DNA from: Hydrolagus colliei
Taxonomy: Eukaryota
Assembly: GCA_035084275.1 (NCBI GenBank)
Contig: CM068742.1
Span: 113,708,001-113,772,000 of the forward strand
DNA length: 64,000 bases
Direction: 5' to 3'
Shown here: one piece after another, positions 37,426-52,429 of the stretch
How positions within the stretch are numbered: the stretch's first letter is position 1
Layout of the letters: every line of letters begins with the position of its first letter
The notes under the pieces: model-generated
Seen by the model: the letters and a program-made list of their open reading frames with translations, nothing else
What the model was told of the DNA's origin: nothing
Databases searched by the model: none
Made by a program: the position numbers and the translations under genes

Positions 37426-37822
37426 TGTGCCATTTTCCTGGCCCTTCTCCAAACAAGAGATTCAGATCCTAACAGAATATACCAAAGTTACTATCTCCTC
37501 TTTACAGCATCATGCTTAGCAGGGTCCCAGGATCAACCAACCAAGCTGTCTGGAAGGTGGCAGAAAGCTCAGTAGAGAAATATGTCCAAAAGCAGATTTT
37601 GAAGGCAGAAGGTGTGAGTGTAGTGCTGACGGATTGTGGGGTAGAGTTCCAGAGATCGGAGTGGAAGTCAGAGTGGCCAAATTTTCAGCTGTTAGCAGCA
37701 CCAGCCTAATGGAAGTATTCACATTGCACTGAACACAATTTACATGTGGGAGTATTTCTCTCACCGACTGACTGACTGAGCTCAAAACTTCTCATTGTTT
37801 TCTCTTGTTCTCTTCGCTTTGT

Positions 37823-38468
37823 GGAATCCTGTAGCACAGTGATGAACAAGCTTACCTCGTTAGTGAGAGGAACTGGGTTTGTTTCCAAGGCAGTCCAGAA
37901 CCTTAGGCAAGTTTCCTTACACCACACACCTCTGTCTACCAAGCAGTAAGTGGACACCTGGATTGGTGGATTGCTTTTTGGGGGACATGGAGGAGGCCAG
38001 ACTCGGTGGAGCGAAGACAACGGGTGCTGGTTTGAGAGAGGAGGTCAGAGAGATAGGGGGGTGCAGAGGAGTGGAGGGATTTGAAGATAAGGGTGAGGAT
38101 CTTGAAATCAATCCTCTTGGGGACAGGGAACCAGTGGAGGCTGGCAAGGACTGGGGTAATGGGGAAGCGAAGTTTGGTGTAGGTGAGAACGTGGGTGGCA
38201 GAGTTCTTAATCAGCTGGACTCTGTGGATTGTGGAGGAGGGGAGACCAGCGAGGAGGGCAATGGAATAGTCCCCTAATAATAATCCCCTTTTAAAAAATT
38301 GGGTCACTCTATCCATGACAGTTTGTGGGACACTGCGGTGAGCAATTGGCTGCCGTGTTTTGCCCACAAAATATACCATCAATTCACTTTACAGTATATT
38401 CTGTGAAGCTCTTTGAGTCGTCTCAACAACGTTAAAGCCCGTATATAAAATGCAAGAATTATTATTAG
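37823..38468 (+). mobile_element. Deu-type SINE interrupted by a minus-strand L2 fragment (about 37978-38272)
   Basis: SINE head and tail flank a segment translating ITPVLASLHWFPVPKRIDFKILTLIFKSLH. Confidence 0.8.
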
Positions 38469-39744
38469 TCGTATATGTCTGTGGTTGCATCAGGAAAAGA
38501 TTGCAAATGTGCACGTAGCCTCGGATGGAGAATTGTTTTGAGTCAAGCGGGTGGGTCACTCATTCCACACCACTTCACTTGACTTCACTCTGGAGCTGGT
38601 CCCAGACACACAGAATAGAGATGCCAGCACGACAGACATCTTGGAAAGAAATGGGTGATTTATGACCTTATCACTTTTGACGGGGAACTTAGAGTCAATG
38701 GGGGCCTTTGTTCTCAGTGGCCCTGGCTGGTTGCCAACAGAAGGAGTCCAGCTTGTGTGGAGCATAGGGCTATCTGGTCTTCCACCGCACGCTGAAAGCA
38801 CAACTTCTGGCCATTTCCTTTTTGTATCCCGGGGCTAGAATATACATTGAGTTTGCAAACAACACAGAGCAAATGTAGTGTCAACAAAATGCACTTTTAT
38901 GTAGGATGCACATCGCAAAGAACTTCCCCCAAATGGTGCGGATAGCCAATCACAGGGATAAGAGGCCGAGGGAGTTTGAGAATGTTGCCTAACATCAAGG
39001 TCACAGAGATACAATTTTGAGAATGTTTTGAAGGCAAGCAGTAGGTTTGAGAAAGTTTTTGCCCACAGAATACACCGTCAATCCACTATACACTACTCTG
39101 TGAAGTGCTTTGAGACGTCTCAACAAAATAATAAGTTGCTAAATCAAATGCAAGGGTTATTTTTAGAGAAAGCAGAAGGCAAAGAGATTTTTGGGGGTAT
39201 GTTCCAGGGAGGGGCAATGGGTGAGAGCTAAATCGCTGATGATGGATTAGAGGGAGTGAGGAACGAGCAATAGACACACGAGAAGAGCAGAGAATACAGG
39301 CAAGAAATAAAAGTGGAACAACAACAACTTTTATTTATATAGCGCCCTCCACGCCGTACAGCATCTCAGAGCGCTTTGAATAGATTGCATAGGCAGGACT
39401 GGAGGAATTTGAAGGTTAAAATGAAGATGTGTCAGACTCAGTTGGAAGCATTCTTACCTCTGAGTTAGAAGGTTGTGAGTTCAATCCCCCATGTTGACAC
39501 TTGGAACTCATATCACCTGTGTCTAGGCTGATATTGCAATGCACTGCTGGGCCAGACACCACATTGCATTGTTGAAGACATTAAACCACAGTCTGCCTAT
39601 TAAACATCTCATGACTCTTCGAAATGAGAAGGTAATTTCTCTGGGGTCCTGGCCAACAATCGGCCAACTAAAAATTGGTCATTCACTTGATGCTGTTTGT
39701 GGGAGATTGGGATGTGCAAATTGATAGCCGCATTCACCTACAAA

Positions 39745-39998
39745 ATACACAGCCAATTGTGCACTGCAGTGTCCCACAAACAGTTGTTGATTAAGTGATC
39801 AAATTATTATTTGGGGGGGGATTAACACCCTTGGAAAAGTGAGCCACCAATTGACTAACAACCAGGTTCCTATTTACTGCTAGGTAAATAGAGGCAGGTG
39901 GGTAAGGGAACTTGCCAAATGTTTCACCTGGCCAGAAACTGAATGTGGGTCAACACGCTTGCGAGGTGAGCGTGCTAACCATTATGCTACAGGACTCC
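39745..39998 (-). mobile_element. Deu-type SINE (head and core)
   Basis: Reverse head ...gctacaggactcc and core cagtgtcccacaaacag. Confidence 0.75.
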
Positions 39999-40039
39999 CC
40001 TCAAGTCAAGGTCTCGGCTGACAGTGCAATGCAGTGCTG

Positions 40040-40980
40040 ATGTTGTCAACATGAAGGACTCTCTGTCGAGCAGCGACAGGTCAAAATAAACAGGTCAGCC
40101 TAAATCAGAGCACTTTTCGTTTGTTGCACGCTGTGAATTAGCTCCGCAGAACAAACGGGCACTAGACCACGGCAGCGTTCAGTCACAAGAAGCAGAGGAA
40201 CATGCTTGATTCACTCATTGAAAACATTTCCAATTTTGTTGGACGTCTAATTAATCCGGAGCAATGATTAATCATTCACCTAAAGAGCCCTCGGTTTGCT
40301 TTTGGCATCTCCCTCAGCTACCCTCTTGTTTCGCCCTTTTTAACAAATGTTTCTTGGTTTGAATGGTGCAGTTGGGGGTGGGGGTTGGGGGAGGGAGAGG
40401 GGGGGGGTCAATGAATGACGTCCATTGAGCCATTGCTTCCTGAGAGCTTCACCTCCCGATAGAAGGCTGAACCTCCTTCCTGTTCACTGCCAAGCATCCT
40501 CAGAGAAGCCAAGTGCTCACCAGCTGTGAACAAGCACTGAATCTGGCAGCCATCACCCCAACAAAACACCACTCTCCAAAACATCCGACACCTGCTGGGG
40601 AGCAGGAGTGCGGGTGCAAGGGAAGAGAATATGGCGAGGGAAGGGGAAAAGAGATATTCCAGGCACTTTGCTATTTATCCCTTAGCAATACGCTTGGAGT
40701 TCATTCAACTCTAGAGAAGGACGGGGGGCAGTGGGGGTGGAGGAAAACCTGTTTATTCAGCGTACCCATAATATCATTTATGCTAAAAGAGGCATTAAAC
40801 TTGTTAATTATGGATCTAAACAACAAAGCTGACCTCTGTGTAGAACTAGGTCTGCCTCCAGCAGTATTGTGTGCCAGAGCAAACAAGGAAGCACTCTGAT
40901 GTGTTACAGCCTTCCAGCTGTAACACAAACCGTCAGCCATCCACATCCTCAGATATTTTCTTCTCATTATTATCCACAGT
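40040..40980. promoter_or_regulatory. Candidate conserved non-coding element or enhancer
   Basis: Repeat-free island with the palindrome AATGATTAATCATT (40263-40276), an inverted Sox-like pair ATGAATG-N5-CATTGAG (40411-40429) and several TAAT cores; motif-based only. Confidence 0.35.
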
Positions 40981-42772
40981 GTTTTTAAAATTATTATTGC
41001 TTTGAATGTCTTAAAGGGGCATTGCTGTTCCTAAAGAAGCTTTCAGCCAGTACACTCTCCTTCTGCTCCTTAAAACTCCTTCCCTAAATCACTTGGCCTC
41101 ATTTACCCTCATTCACTGCTTTCAAACCAACTCACCCAAAACAACCTACCACTTTTACCATATTTTTGGTTGCTTTCCTCCTATCTTTGTTCCTTCCATC
41201 TCACTCCATATTCCACTTCATCCCTGTGTTATCCTGAGAAAGTTGCCTGGCTCAGTGGTAGTACTCTCACCTCCGAGTTAGAAGGTTGTAGGTTCAAGTT
41301 CCACATCAGGACTTTAAACTCATGGTCACCAGGCTGACTCTCCAGTCCAATGGTGGGGTTGAGATGCCTTGTTAGAGGTGCCGTCCTGAAGGTACATTTA
41401 AACTAAGGTCCAGTTAGCCTGTCAAGTGGCCATTTCAGATCCCTTCCATTACTCAACAAGAGGTTTTCCCGGTGTCAATGCCAACAATCTCCTCAAGCGT
41501 AAAAATTGGTCACTCACTTCATGGCTGTTTGTGGGACATTGCTGTTACACATTATTGGCTGCCATGCCACCCACAAAATAGTCACTCTACCTTCCAGTAA
41601 ATCCCGTGAAGCTCTTTGATACATCCTCCTTACATGAAAGGTGGAATATAAAATGGAAGGATTATTATGATATAAGGGCAAGTTGTTACAAACCAGTATT
41701 GCAAAATGCTTTGTGTTTAGGGGCAGGAGGAAAATTTGAGTTTCACTTTTGTCGTAACAATGGCGAATGACATAAAGATGCCTCTTTTAACAAAAAAGTT
41801 TGCTTTTTGTTTGATTTTCTTTCCTCCTGCATTCATGATGGTGCTAAAAATAAAGTTGGTCACTCAATCCAGGATTGTTTGTGGAACTCTGCTAATTGTC
41901 AAGTGGCTGCTGTGTTTCGCCCACATGATGCACAATCAATTCACTTTATAGTATGTTCTGTGAAGCGCTTTGAGACATCTCAGTGACATGATAAGGCGCA
42001 ATACTAATTGCAAAGATTATTACAGTATTATTAAAGGTTTGCAGGGCAGATGACGAGTCTATCAAGCAGGGAAACTAGATTTGAAGAATTATTAATAATA
42101 ATAAGCTTTGCTTTTGGTACAGAGCCTCATTTAGATATTTAGATACCTCAAAGCACTTCACAGAATATACTATAATGGGAATTGACTGCATATTTTCAGA
42201 GTGAAAACGTAAATGAATATAAGTATAAATAAATAAAATTCTCCAATAAGACAGCGGTAGAGAGTTTCATTCGAGAAGGAAGCCATTTGGCATGTGAAGT
42301 CACTGTTTCCTACATTATTGATCCCACTGTCCAGTCCTTCCCTCTTCACCCTTCAGCTTTTTCGTAAATATTTTTTCACTGTTCCTGTTGAAGGCCCAGA
42401 GTTATGATGGAGACAAGGTGAATATACACAACCATTTCTGCTATATCAGGTGCTATAAGGCTTTATATAAAATGCAAGAATTATTATAAAAATTATTATT
42501 ATCCACCAACGTCTGCTGGCTTTGAGGCAATCAAAGGAAACGTTAAAGCCGAGGAAATCCAGAAACCGAGTGGTTAATTCCTTATCAGGATGGGCAAGTG
42601 GCCCCTCAAGTCTCGCTTCAGTCGAGTTCCAGCCAAATCAAAGTCATTCCAAGTTTCCATTTCACCAAAGAGAGAGAAAAAAAAACATTCAAAGCTTATC
42701 TGAGCACAGACTGAGTAAAGATTGATCTTGGCTTGGTTTAACCATTGGTGTTCATTCAGTGACCTCTGATTT

Positions 42773-42824
42773 CAGCCAGACTGAACCAGCCCTTCTATCA
42801 GCCAGACTGAACCAGCCCTTCTAT
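42773..42824. repeat. Perfect 26-bp tandem duplication
   Basis: CAGCCAGACTGAACCAGCCCTTCTAT x2. Confidence 0.9.
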
Positions 42825-45322
42825 CCCTTGGAGCTTGCTCTACTCGGTTAATGAATTTTCTCAACTTCTGCATTTCCCTCAATGGCCTCAGAGCCAGCAG
42901 ATGTTGTTGGTAAAGACCTGCAAATACCATGTGACTTGCAATGTTTTTCTTTTACTGAAAATCCACATCTTGTAGCACAGTGATTCAAGCACATGAGAGC
43001 ATCCAGGCCGGAAGGAAACCTTCGGCAACCTTCCTTACTTCAACACCTCTGTTGACCAGCAGTAAGTAGGAACTCAGTTGTTAGTGGAACGGCGGATTGC
43101 TTTCTAAGGGTAACAAGCCCCCACCAAAAAATTGGTCACTCAATCCACTACCACTTAAGGCTGCTACATTTTGTTCAAAAAATATACAGTCAGTTCAATA
43201 TATTCTGTCAAATGCGTGGATTAATATTATTATGCCTTCCAAATTTAGCTTCCTGACAGATAACCAAACATGATGATTTGTGCCCTTTTTAAAAAAAATA
43301 TTTACTTTCCTTTAAGCAGTGAAGGAAATTGTGTTATTTAGTATTGTGTACATAGATGCAGATATTGTATAAATAGAGATTTGCATAGGAATGCACAGGA
43401 CCAGAAAAGACAAAAAAAAAAAAATTGAAAATGGATCATATAATCCAGGCTCGGGAATAGTGGTGTCCTGGGTCAATGTGGCTCACATTGGATGAAATGT
43501 TCCCTTAATCGGGCATTTCATGATCTGTAGAGTGGTGGTTAAGTAAGAGAACCTGGATTTGATTCTCGGTTGAGGTGAAACCTTTGGCAAGTTTCAACAT
43601 GCCTCTGGTTACCTAGCAGTAAGTAGGAATGCAGTCAATTCACTTTACAGTATATTCTGTGAAGCGCTTTGAGACGTCCCAATGATGTGGTTAGGCGCTA
43701 TATCAAACGCATGTACTATTATTATTTGCGCTGTGGATTTCCCCTTCAAGCACATTTTTTTCTTAAAATCCTAATTTTAATTCGTTTCATTTTTCTAATA
43801 AAATGTAAAACCGTCACAAACAACATTCAAAACCAAATAATAAAAATCATCCTTGAATTTGGTACAGTACCATAGCATGTCCTCGAGATGTCTCAAAGTT
43901 CCTCACAGAATATACTGCAATGTGGATTGATTATGTATTTTTGTGGGCGAAACGCAGTAGCCAATAGCGCACAGCAGTGTCCAACAAACAGTTGTGGATT
44001 GAGTGACCAAAATTTGGGTTTTGTTTGAAGGATTATTACTTGCGGAAAGAGTTGCACTGGTCGTCTAACAATCCGGTCCTACTTACTTTTGCCCACACAA
44101 TTTATAGTCAATTCACTTTACAATATATTCCGTGAAACTCTTTGAGTCATCTCAAACTTGATAGGGTGCCATATCAAACGCATGCATTTTTATTATTATT
44201 ATTACCGCTAGTTATACAGTGATGTGTGCAGTAAGGAAACTCTTCCTAAGGTTTTGCCGCACCTGGGAATCGAATCACTATGCTCCAAGATATATAAAGG
44301 ACAAAGGCTTTGTATGGAATAAGGCAGGGCAGTGGGACAGAATGAATATCTTGCTCTGAGAGCGAGTGTAGCCTTGATGGGTTGGATTGCTACTTTCTGT
44401 GCTGTAAATGTCTATGATTCTAATTCATCTCATGCCTCCATCTTGCAAAAGACATAGAGTGAGTCTTTTACATCCACCCCACAAGCACTGGGTGCCTGGA
44501 ATCACTGAACATTACATTGCAGCACAGAAACAGGTCCTTTAAATCCATCAAGCCTGCGCTGCTGATTTTCTCCAAATAAACCGCAAAATCTAATTTCACT
44601 CTCCCTCTTGCTTCCCAACCTCCAACTGCAACCCACCCTCAACCCACCCCCTTCAGTCCTGCACTCTCTAATACCCCTCATTTTCCAGTGTAGGTCTAAT
44701 TCCCCCTTCAAGAGAACTGAAGGACCTTTCATATCAACTGAGCTTTGTAGCAGAGAATTCTACATCCCCAAATAATTTTTCTCCACCCTCTCTCCGACCT
44801 CCCCTTTAATTCTCTTTGCTATTATCACTTGAAGCAATAAAGTGTTTTAAGATAAATTAGATGTAAAATAAAGAGCCCAGTCGGATTAATGATTGATTAA
44901 GTGGTTAATTGCCACATTTTGATGGGGATTTATTGTATGGAAGGGCCTGTGTATTGAAAGATTCTTTGTTTAGTTTAGCAAATTCCAAATCATGTGTTCA
45001 CCATCAGGCTGGGAAGAGCGAACTGGATAAAGTGCAGCTGTTCGCAAGAGCTGGGGAGATTTGTGACGCTCCAGATCACTATGTAATTGATCTCAGTAGA
45101 ATGTAGTGCAGGTAATCCCAGGAATTTATATTGGTTTCATTTTTAAACAAAACCTTCCAGGAACAAAGCACCACCTGCTGCACCACCGGACTTCAGTAAT
45201 AGAGATTGATCCAGGCTTTGTCCAAGTCGGATCATTAGAGCGTGGCCAGGACACCCGGAGAAAGTCCTTTCCTTTTTTCAATTAGTGCCACAGGATCTTT
45301 AATATCCACCTGAACCAGCATA

Positions 45323-45645
45323 GAGTCCTGTAGCTCAGTGGTTAGAGCACTCACCTTACAAGCATGAGACCTGTGTTCGAATCCAGGCAGGTCAGGGTGA
45401 AACCTTGGGCAAGTTTCCTTACTCTACACGCCTAATAATAATCCATCCAAAAAAAGCACAATAATAAAAATTGGTAATTTCAATCCACGACTGTTTGTGG
45501 GACACTGCTGTGTGCAATTAGCTGCCGCGTTTCACCCACAAATATACAGTCAATTCACTTTACAGTATATTCTGTGAAGCGCTTTGAGACGTCTAGAAGA
45601 CGTGAAAAGCGCTATATCAAATGCAAGGCTTATTATTATTATTAG
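45323..45645 (+). mobile_element. Full-length, young Deu-type SINE
   Basis: Intact A and B boxes, core and (TTA)n tail. Many older partial copies occur elsewhere, e.g. about 19900-20180, 41250-42030, 43520-44280, 45780-45920, 49760-49940 and 58430-59070. Confidence 0.9.
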
Positions 45646-48043
45646 TAGTAGTATAGACAGATTAACGTCTCATCCATAATGACAGCATCTACTATAACGT
45701 AGTGTATCCCCCCTCACCCCCCCACCCCCACAGCAATGCCCTGAAGTGTCAGTCTAGGCGATGTGATAACTATATCACGATAATAATCCTTGTATTTTAT
45801 AAAGCATCTTATCACATTGTTGAGACATTTCAAAGTGCTTCGCAGAATATATTGTGAAGCGAATTGACTGTGTACTTTGTGGGTGAAACACGGTAGCCAA
45901 TTGCAGTCAAGCGTTGTCCACCAAATACAAACCTAGTGATTACCAGACACCCGGTGTGATTACTGCAGTATAAACAGAGCGATCACTATAAACCCAGTGT
46001 GATCACAACAACAAACCAACTGATCAGGATAATTAAGTGGGCTGAAAACCTTCCATTGTGAGAGAGCAGTTAGGGAGAAGATTTGCAGACAGCATTTTGT
46101 TCACAGACACAGTACAAACCGCTACACAATGCCTTGTTGATATCTAAGAATGAGAGTTATTAAGTGGGTGTACTGTGACAGAACAAGTCATTACAGGAAC
46201 ATGAGAATCAATATCATCTGTATCTGTGTTATATATAGCAGCTGTTATTAATCTTATCAGGACCACATTAGACAGGAGACCTTATTAGATGGCCTCTTGA
46301 CTTATACATCCAAATTATTGGCAGAACAAAAGGCACAACTCTTTGGAGATTGACCTCTGCAATCTGCAAAGGGAATCGGTCACACTGAAGTTTGTGATCC
46401 ACAAGTAGAGAAGTTTGTCTCATTAATGTTTTCTTCTCAACATTCTGCTAATAATGAAAAATGGCCCTCTGAGAGGTATGACGATGTGATAAAATGCTAT
46501 ATCAAATGCAAGGATTATCACTATTTTTATTATTATCATTAAAACCACTTCGATTTATTTATTTGCACTACTCATATTAATCACCTAACAGTCATAACAC
46601 GTTACCCTACCCTCCATTACTCCCGCATTGCACTGGTGCCTTGAAACGCGAGAAATGACATCCTGACCCATTGACACATGTTCACTTACATTGAACAACA
46701 GCAAAAGTATTCTGATCCATCAACAGATACGCAGAAGGATCCCATTTCCCATGATTCAATAAGATTCCAATGCTTGCTGGTAAGTTTCAACCGGTCAAGA
46801 TGTATTAAATTGTGGAAAATGTAATCTTAACCCATCACTGCATGCGCACTTACTGGCTGCAGTGAATTACACACGCTCAGTGTAGATTGTTGATTGAATT
46901 AGATATCCGATGATTTATACAAGTTTGCCTGCAACTTGGACTTCGTGCAAATCATATTAAATGCTATACAGTCCCGAATGATATGACTTATGTGAGTTTT
47001 ACTCTTGTAGGTGCTGTCCCACGGTGACATGTTAAACTGTCCAAGCCTGTTTAAGTGGATATTAACAATCCCTTGGCATTACTTGAAAGAGAGAAAGGCC
47101 TTTCTCCCGGTGTCCTGGCCAACAACTCTCCAGACAAAAAAATTATCATTCACTTTGTAGCTGTTTGTGGGACATCGATTTGCACAGATTGGTTGCCAAA
47201 TTTGCCTACAAATGTAGTCACTACACTTTACAGAAAAATCTGTGAAGCGATTTTCAAGGTTTTTTATGTTATAGTAGCTTCAGCAAATGTATGGATTATT
47301 ATGTGAAGTATACATTCAACCCACATTACATTTTATTTTGTGAAGTGCTTTGAGATGTCTTAACAAAGTGAAAAGGCTCTACATCAAGTTTTCCACATGA
47401 AGGTCTATGAGAGAGAGCTTGCATCAAGCACCTCCCAGCTATTGCTAGCCCAGTGTATGGAGACTCCCTACATTCTCCTGGCCTCCCGCCCAACCAGATA
47501 CACAGAATAGAACTGTAACTGCATTGATCCCAAAAATCCCAAAGTTCTCCTTCCGGACTCGTTAGTCTATCGGGAGTACGGAAATAAAGAGTGTACCTTC
47601 TCTTCAAGCTCTTAGCTTTGTGGAGTAAGTTGGCACAAGCATGAGGATATTCAAAGTGGATTTTAGTGATTTCCTCCTTCACTGAATAGGCTTGGTATAG
47701 TGGATATTTGCAAGTCTCCTGCAACAAGCAGTGCAACTCAACTTTAATTAAAGATTTATTGGGGAGGGGCCTGGCGGGTGATGGTCTCCTTAACATTGAC
47801 TTTGATTTATTTTTCCTGCTGCCCACTCTCTCCCCCATTGCCTTTTAATACATTGTCAAAAAGCTATTTTTAGTGACCTGTACATTCAAAACACAGCAAC
47901 CTGGAGACAATAATGTTACTCCCAGTATATCTGTGTCATATAATAGGAAATAGCAAGATCCTATCTGTTTTACAGCACATGGCACGGACCTCACAATGAA
48001 GCACAGGTCATCCCACACCTACTCCTAAATGAGAAAATATAGT

Positions 48044-48395
48044 GGAGTCCTGTAGAATAGTGGTTAGCTTGCTCACCTCACAAGCAAAAGGACCTGGGTT
48101 CAATTCCTAGACAGGGCGAAAACCTAGGCAAGTTGCTTTAGTTCACATGCCTCTGTTTACCTAGTGGTAAGTAAGAACTTGTTTATTAGTCAATTGCGGA
48201 ATCACTTTCCCGGAGTAATAATCCCTCAAAATTGGGTCATTCGACCCACGATTGTTTGTAGGACATTGCTGTGTGCAATTGAATGCCTTGTTTCACCCAC
48301 AAAATGAACAGTCAATCCATTCTACAATATCCTCTGTGAAGCTCTTTGAGATGTCTTGTTGACTTATCAATTGCAAGGATGATTATTGTTATTAT
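48044..48395 (+). mobile_element. Deu-type SINE (older, longer variant)
   Basis: Head ggagtcctgtag, internal cctctgtttacctagtggtaagtaagaac segment, core and tail. Confidence 0.8.
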
Positions 48396-51300
48396 AATTT
48401 CCATTCTCATCTCATCTGATGCTAAACTGAAATCCTGCCTGGCTGTTCACGGAGATATCTAAGAACCCATGGGCAAAAACAGAAGAAAGTTTCTCCTGGT
48501 GTCCTGGCCAGAGATGCCTCAGAAAACAAATATTGGTCATTCCCTTCATGGCTGTTGGTGTGATATTGGTGGGTGATATTTGCTACTGTGTTCACCTACG
48601 AAAAAAAATTATTTGGGTCAGCTGGATATCTGACACATATTAACATGAAACCTGTGTCTGCTGAGGAATGGGGTTGGCGGAGGAGTGGGGTATGAGCAAC
48701 AGAGAGGCAGGGACATCTGGGGCATGAAGGAATTTATAGTTGAGGGTGAGGAAATCAAAATATAACGATTATTGATATCATCATTACTATTGGTTGCTAT
48801 CATTTCATTAACAAATGCACAGTCACTAAATCTGGACAGCAACGATTTGTAAAGCTCTGATTTGAGTTCTACAGATCACGTTTTATAGAATTTTGCAGAT
48901 GTGATTTGAGGTTTACAGAGCTGTGTTGCTCTGATCTAATTTATTTTAACATTACAATTGCCTTATCAAAAGTGTGGTTTATTATTAACTCCTAATGTAG
49001 GGCCTGAACCCACAACCTTCTGACTCAGAAACAAGAGCGCTACCATTGAGCCAGGCTGACACACAGTGCAGTTATGTGCTGACAGATGCTGTCAATTTCG
49101 CAGTTGAGTACTCCTCATGCATATGGAAGTGTGGAAAATTAAGCACATCAAATAATCTTCCCTTCCCACTCCTCTCTCCCTCTTGCATCCTATCCTTTCC
49201 CCTCCATCCATTCAAGCATAGGCGAGCCTCAAAGTGATAACTGATTTGTTTGATGAGTGAATGAGATAGAGTATATGGATGCAAACAGTGTTGGTGACGA
49301 CAACAACAAAATTATATTTGTATAGTGGCTTTCACATCAGGAGGACGTCCCTCTGCACTGAAATGTTTGCCAGCACAACTGTGCCAGACATTACCCAATA
49401 ATGTGCTTTCCCTGAACAGTTGGTAGAAACTTCACGCAATGCCCTTCTATTGACTTTCTGTCATGCCATCATTGGCAAGTGCCTGTGTTTACAAAATATA
49501 CTTAAGGGCAGCTCAAAGTTATCAACGTCTCCAAAAGAGTACAAAGAGTCTTTATACCCCCACTCCCAAGGAGTAATGTAAACGGATGTTAACTTGCCAG
49601 ATAAAAGGCTTGTACTTTGAAAGTACAGTACTTACAGTATGGTACTTTGAAAAATTATACTTGCAGTTTAAACAATTAAACTCCCTCTTTTACTCAGGAA
49701 ATTCGTTAGAATAATAATGCATTTGATATACAGTAATAACTATTACATTTTATAATGGAAAGGATTGAGTCACTCAATCCACAACTATTTGTGGGACATT
49801 GCTGTGCAAAATTGGCTGCCACGTTTTGCCGAACTCAAGTTAAATACTCGTCAATCCACTTTACAGTATATTCTGTGAAGCACCTTGAGATATCTCAGCA
49901 ATATTATAAGGCATATATCAATGCAAGGATTATTATTATTCAGTGGGAATTTGGAATTCATCATTTGAATGCAAGCATGTGTTTGTAATTACAGGAACTT
50001 CCATTGTTAGTATAATGGGAGATCTAACAGTAAAACACTTTGCTTAAATCTACATAAAAATGCAATTTCTGACAGGATTCCTCAATCCAAATAGGTTCTG
50101 CTTGTGGGGATAGAAATTCCTCCCATTTTGAGTCTTGTTAAGTGTCAAATATTCGGTTATTTCTTACATTTAGTCTTAATTTGGGTGCTGGTTTTACACA
50201 GTCCCTAAGAGCACATGCAAGGAACTTCAGAATTCAGGCTTCATAATTAAGGCTGAATTTAAAAAAATTCTGAATTTGTGCTTTCAGAAAAGTTAGGAAA
50301 ACATAGTAAACAATATCTAAAACTATCCCTAAACAACCCTAATTTCCAATCCCCGATGAATAAACAATTAGACAAGTACAGGCTCTTCAGTCTTGAAAGA
50401 AAATATCTCAGAGAGGGGCACTTGAAATAGAATTGCAAAAGTAAGCCCAGAACAATATTTTTGGACCAAAACAGTAGAACAAGATAACAACAACGACTTG
50501 CATTTATACAGCACTTCTCACACAGGGTAGCACCCCAGAGTGGCTTGACAGTGGCGAAGCATGACCCTGAGCCGGGAGGAGGTGACTGTAGGCACAATCA
50601 AAGAGGCGTGACCTGAAGTTTGGAAACTAGCTCCAAGGTTTGGCAACAGAATATCAGAATCTTGCCCATCTCGGTCCAGTTCCTGAGCTAGACAGGTACA
50701 GTACTTAGTATTTCAGGGCACTGCTGATAACAGAACAGCCACCTTGACTCATCAGTAGGATTTGGAAGGACAGATCGGTCATAGGTGACTGTGAACTCTT
50801 CCCAGTTTCTGTTAACACTACAAGCCAGAGCCATAATGGGTAGGTATGATCCTTGCTGGACAAGCAGAGGGAAATCTGTGCCAGCCAGCAATATCAACAA
50901 CAACAACAACATTACATTTGTATAGCGCCTTTCACATCAGGAGGAGACAATGGCAAGCTACGCAGTTTCAGCTGGTCAGACTCCAGCAGTTACCCCAACA
51001 CACACTCTGGGGTCCCCAAATCTTGGCTCTTGCCAACTTGCAAAATTAGGTAAGCAGGATGCGTCACACCAGGGAGAGAGTGCACATTTCATTCCAATGA
51101 ATGGCATTTCCATGGGCAGATAAGATATGTGGATTGGATTGGATACTCTTAAGCATGGTGATGGGTTTTCACATGTCAAACACCCTGGGTCGAAGTATAT
51201 GCTGAAGATCCGAATCTGCTGAACAAAGTGGATGAGTAGAGGAATGAAGTGTGAGATTGGAAAGATAGGGAAGGAGACGATTTGTAGGTGAGTGGGCGGG

Positions 51301-52429
51301 TCTTAACATTAATCCATAGGGTGGCAGGGAGCCAATGGAGCTTGGTAAAAACTGGGGTTTTATGGCTTACGGAATAGTTAAGTGAGCACCACACACACAC
51401 ACACTGTGGGATCTGAACTAGAAACAGATTGAAGGGTCCAGTGAACACATCAGTGCTTGTGTGAATCAAGTCAGCAATGCTAAACTCCGAGGGAGGATGT
51501 CAAATGTGCTGTTTCAGTTGAGAACAATTATGATAAGTGAGGTTAACCTGCAGATAGTGTTTAAAAGAAAGTGCGTTGAATGATTGAGTAGCAGCCGTGG
51601 TATTGATAGATACCAGCTGCGTGAAACAGGGCTTCTCTTTGCAAGTATGAGGTATGGACGGGCAAGTTGAAAGGGTGAAGGCAACAAGCTTTTTTTTTTA
51701 TCTTTGCACCAGATTTGCTTCTTCAACCTCTTGCGTGGCCTGAAATTAAGTCCAGGAGGTGGACGTTCACCTGCACTTCTCTCTGTCAGACGGAAATTGA
51801 ACAACTCCTTCAAACAAGTCCTGTTCCACCACTTCATTAGATTATGGCAAATGTTTCAATCCCATTTACCACCTTTTCTCCAAGCCCTCGCTTTTAGTGT
51901 TTAGACCTCACACTGCAACACCAACAATGCAATTCACATTGAAAAATCTAACCCAAAAAATATTCTGGCAATAATTATCCTACCATCTGATACTGAGCTA
52001 TTCACATATAGTTTGTGTGTGAATGACAGAAAAACACATAATAATCTTTGCATTTCATTTAGCCCCGTATCACATCGTCGAGATGCCTCAAACCGCTTCA
52101 CAGAATATATTGTAAAGTGCATTGATTGTATGTTTTGTGGGCGCAACACATTACAAGATTGGTTTGGTTGAAGAAGGCTCCTGGGCTTATCTGATCTCAT
52201 CCCTCCAGAATACCCACCTATCATCAGCAATTACAAATTGCATTTTTATAACCCTGCTCACGTCAGAAGGACATCCCAAGGTGCTGGACAGCTAAGGATC
52301 TACCTATCACTGCATTGAGGTGCTTTTTAAATGAGTCAAATGTCCTACCCTGCCAGATAACCCACTCCAGTTGTCAATTATATAGTATATAACTTGCACT
52401 TGATGTAGCTCTTTTCACATCTTCTCAAA

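Noticed and set aside
47326-47838. 170-aa minus-strand ORF
   Set aside because: No recognisable domain or exon structure, and it ends in a SINE tail; may be a decayed retroelement piece
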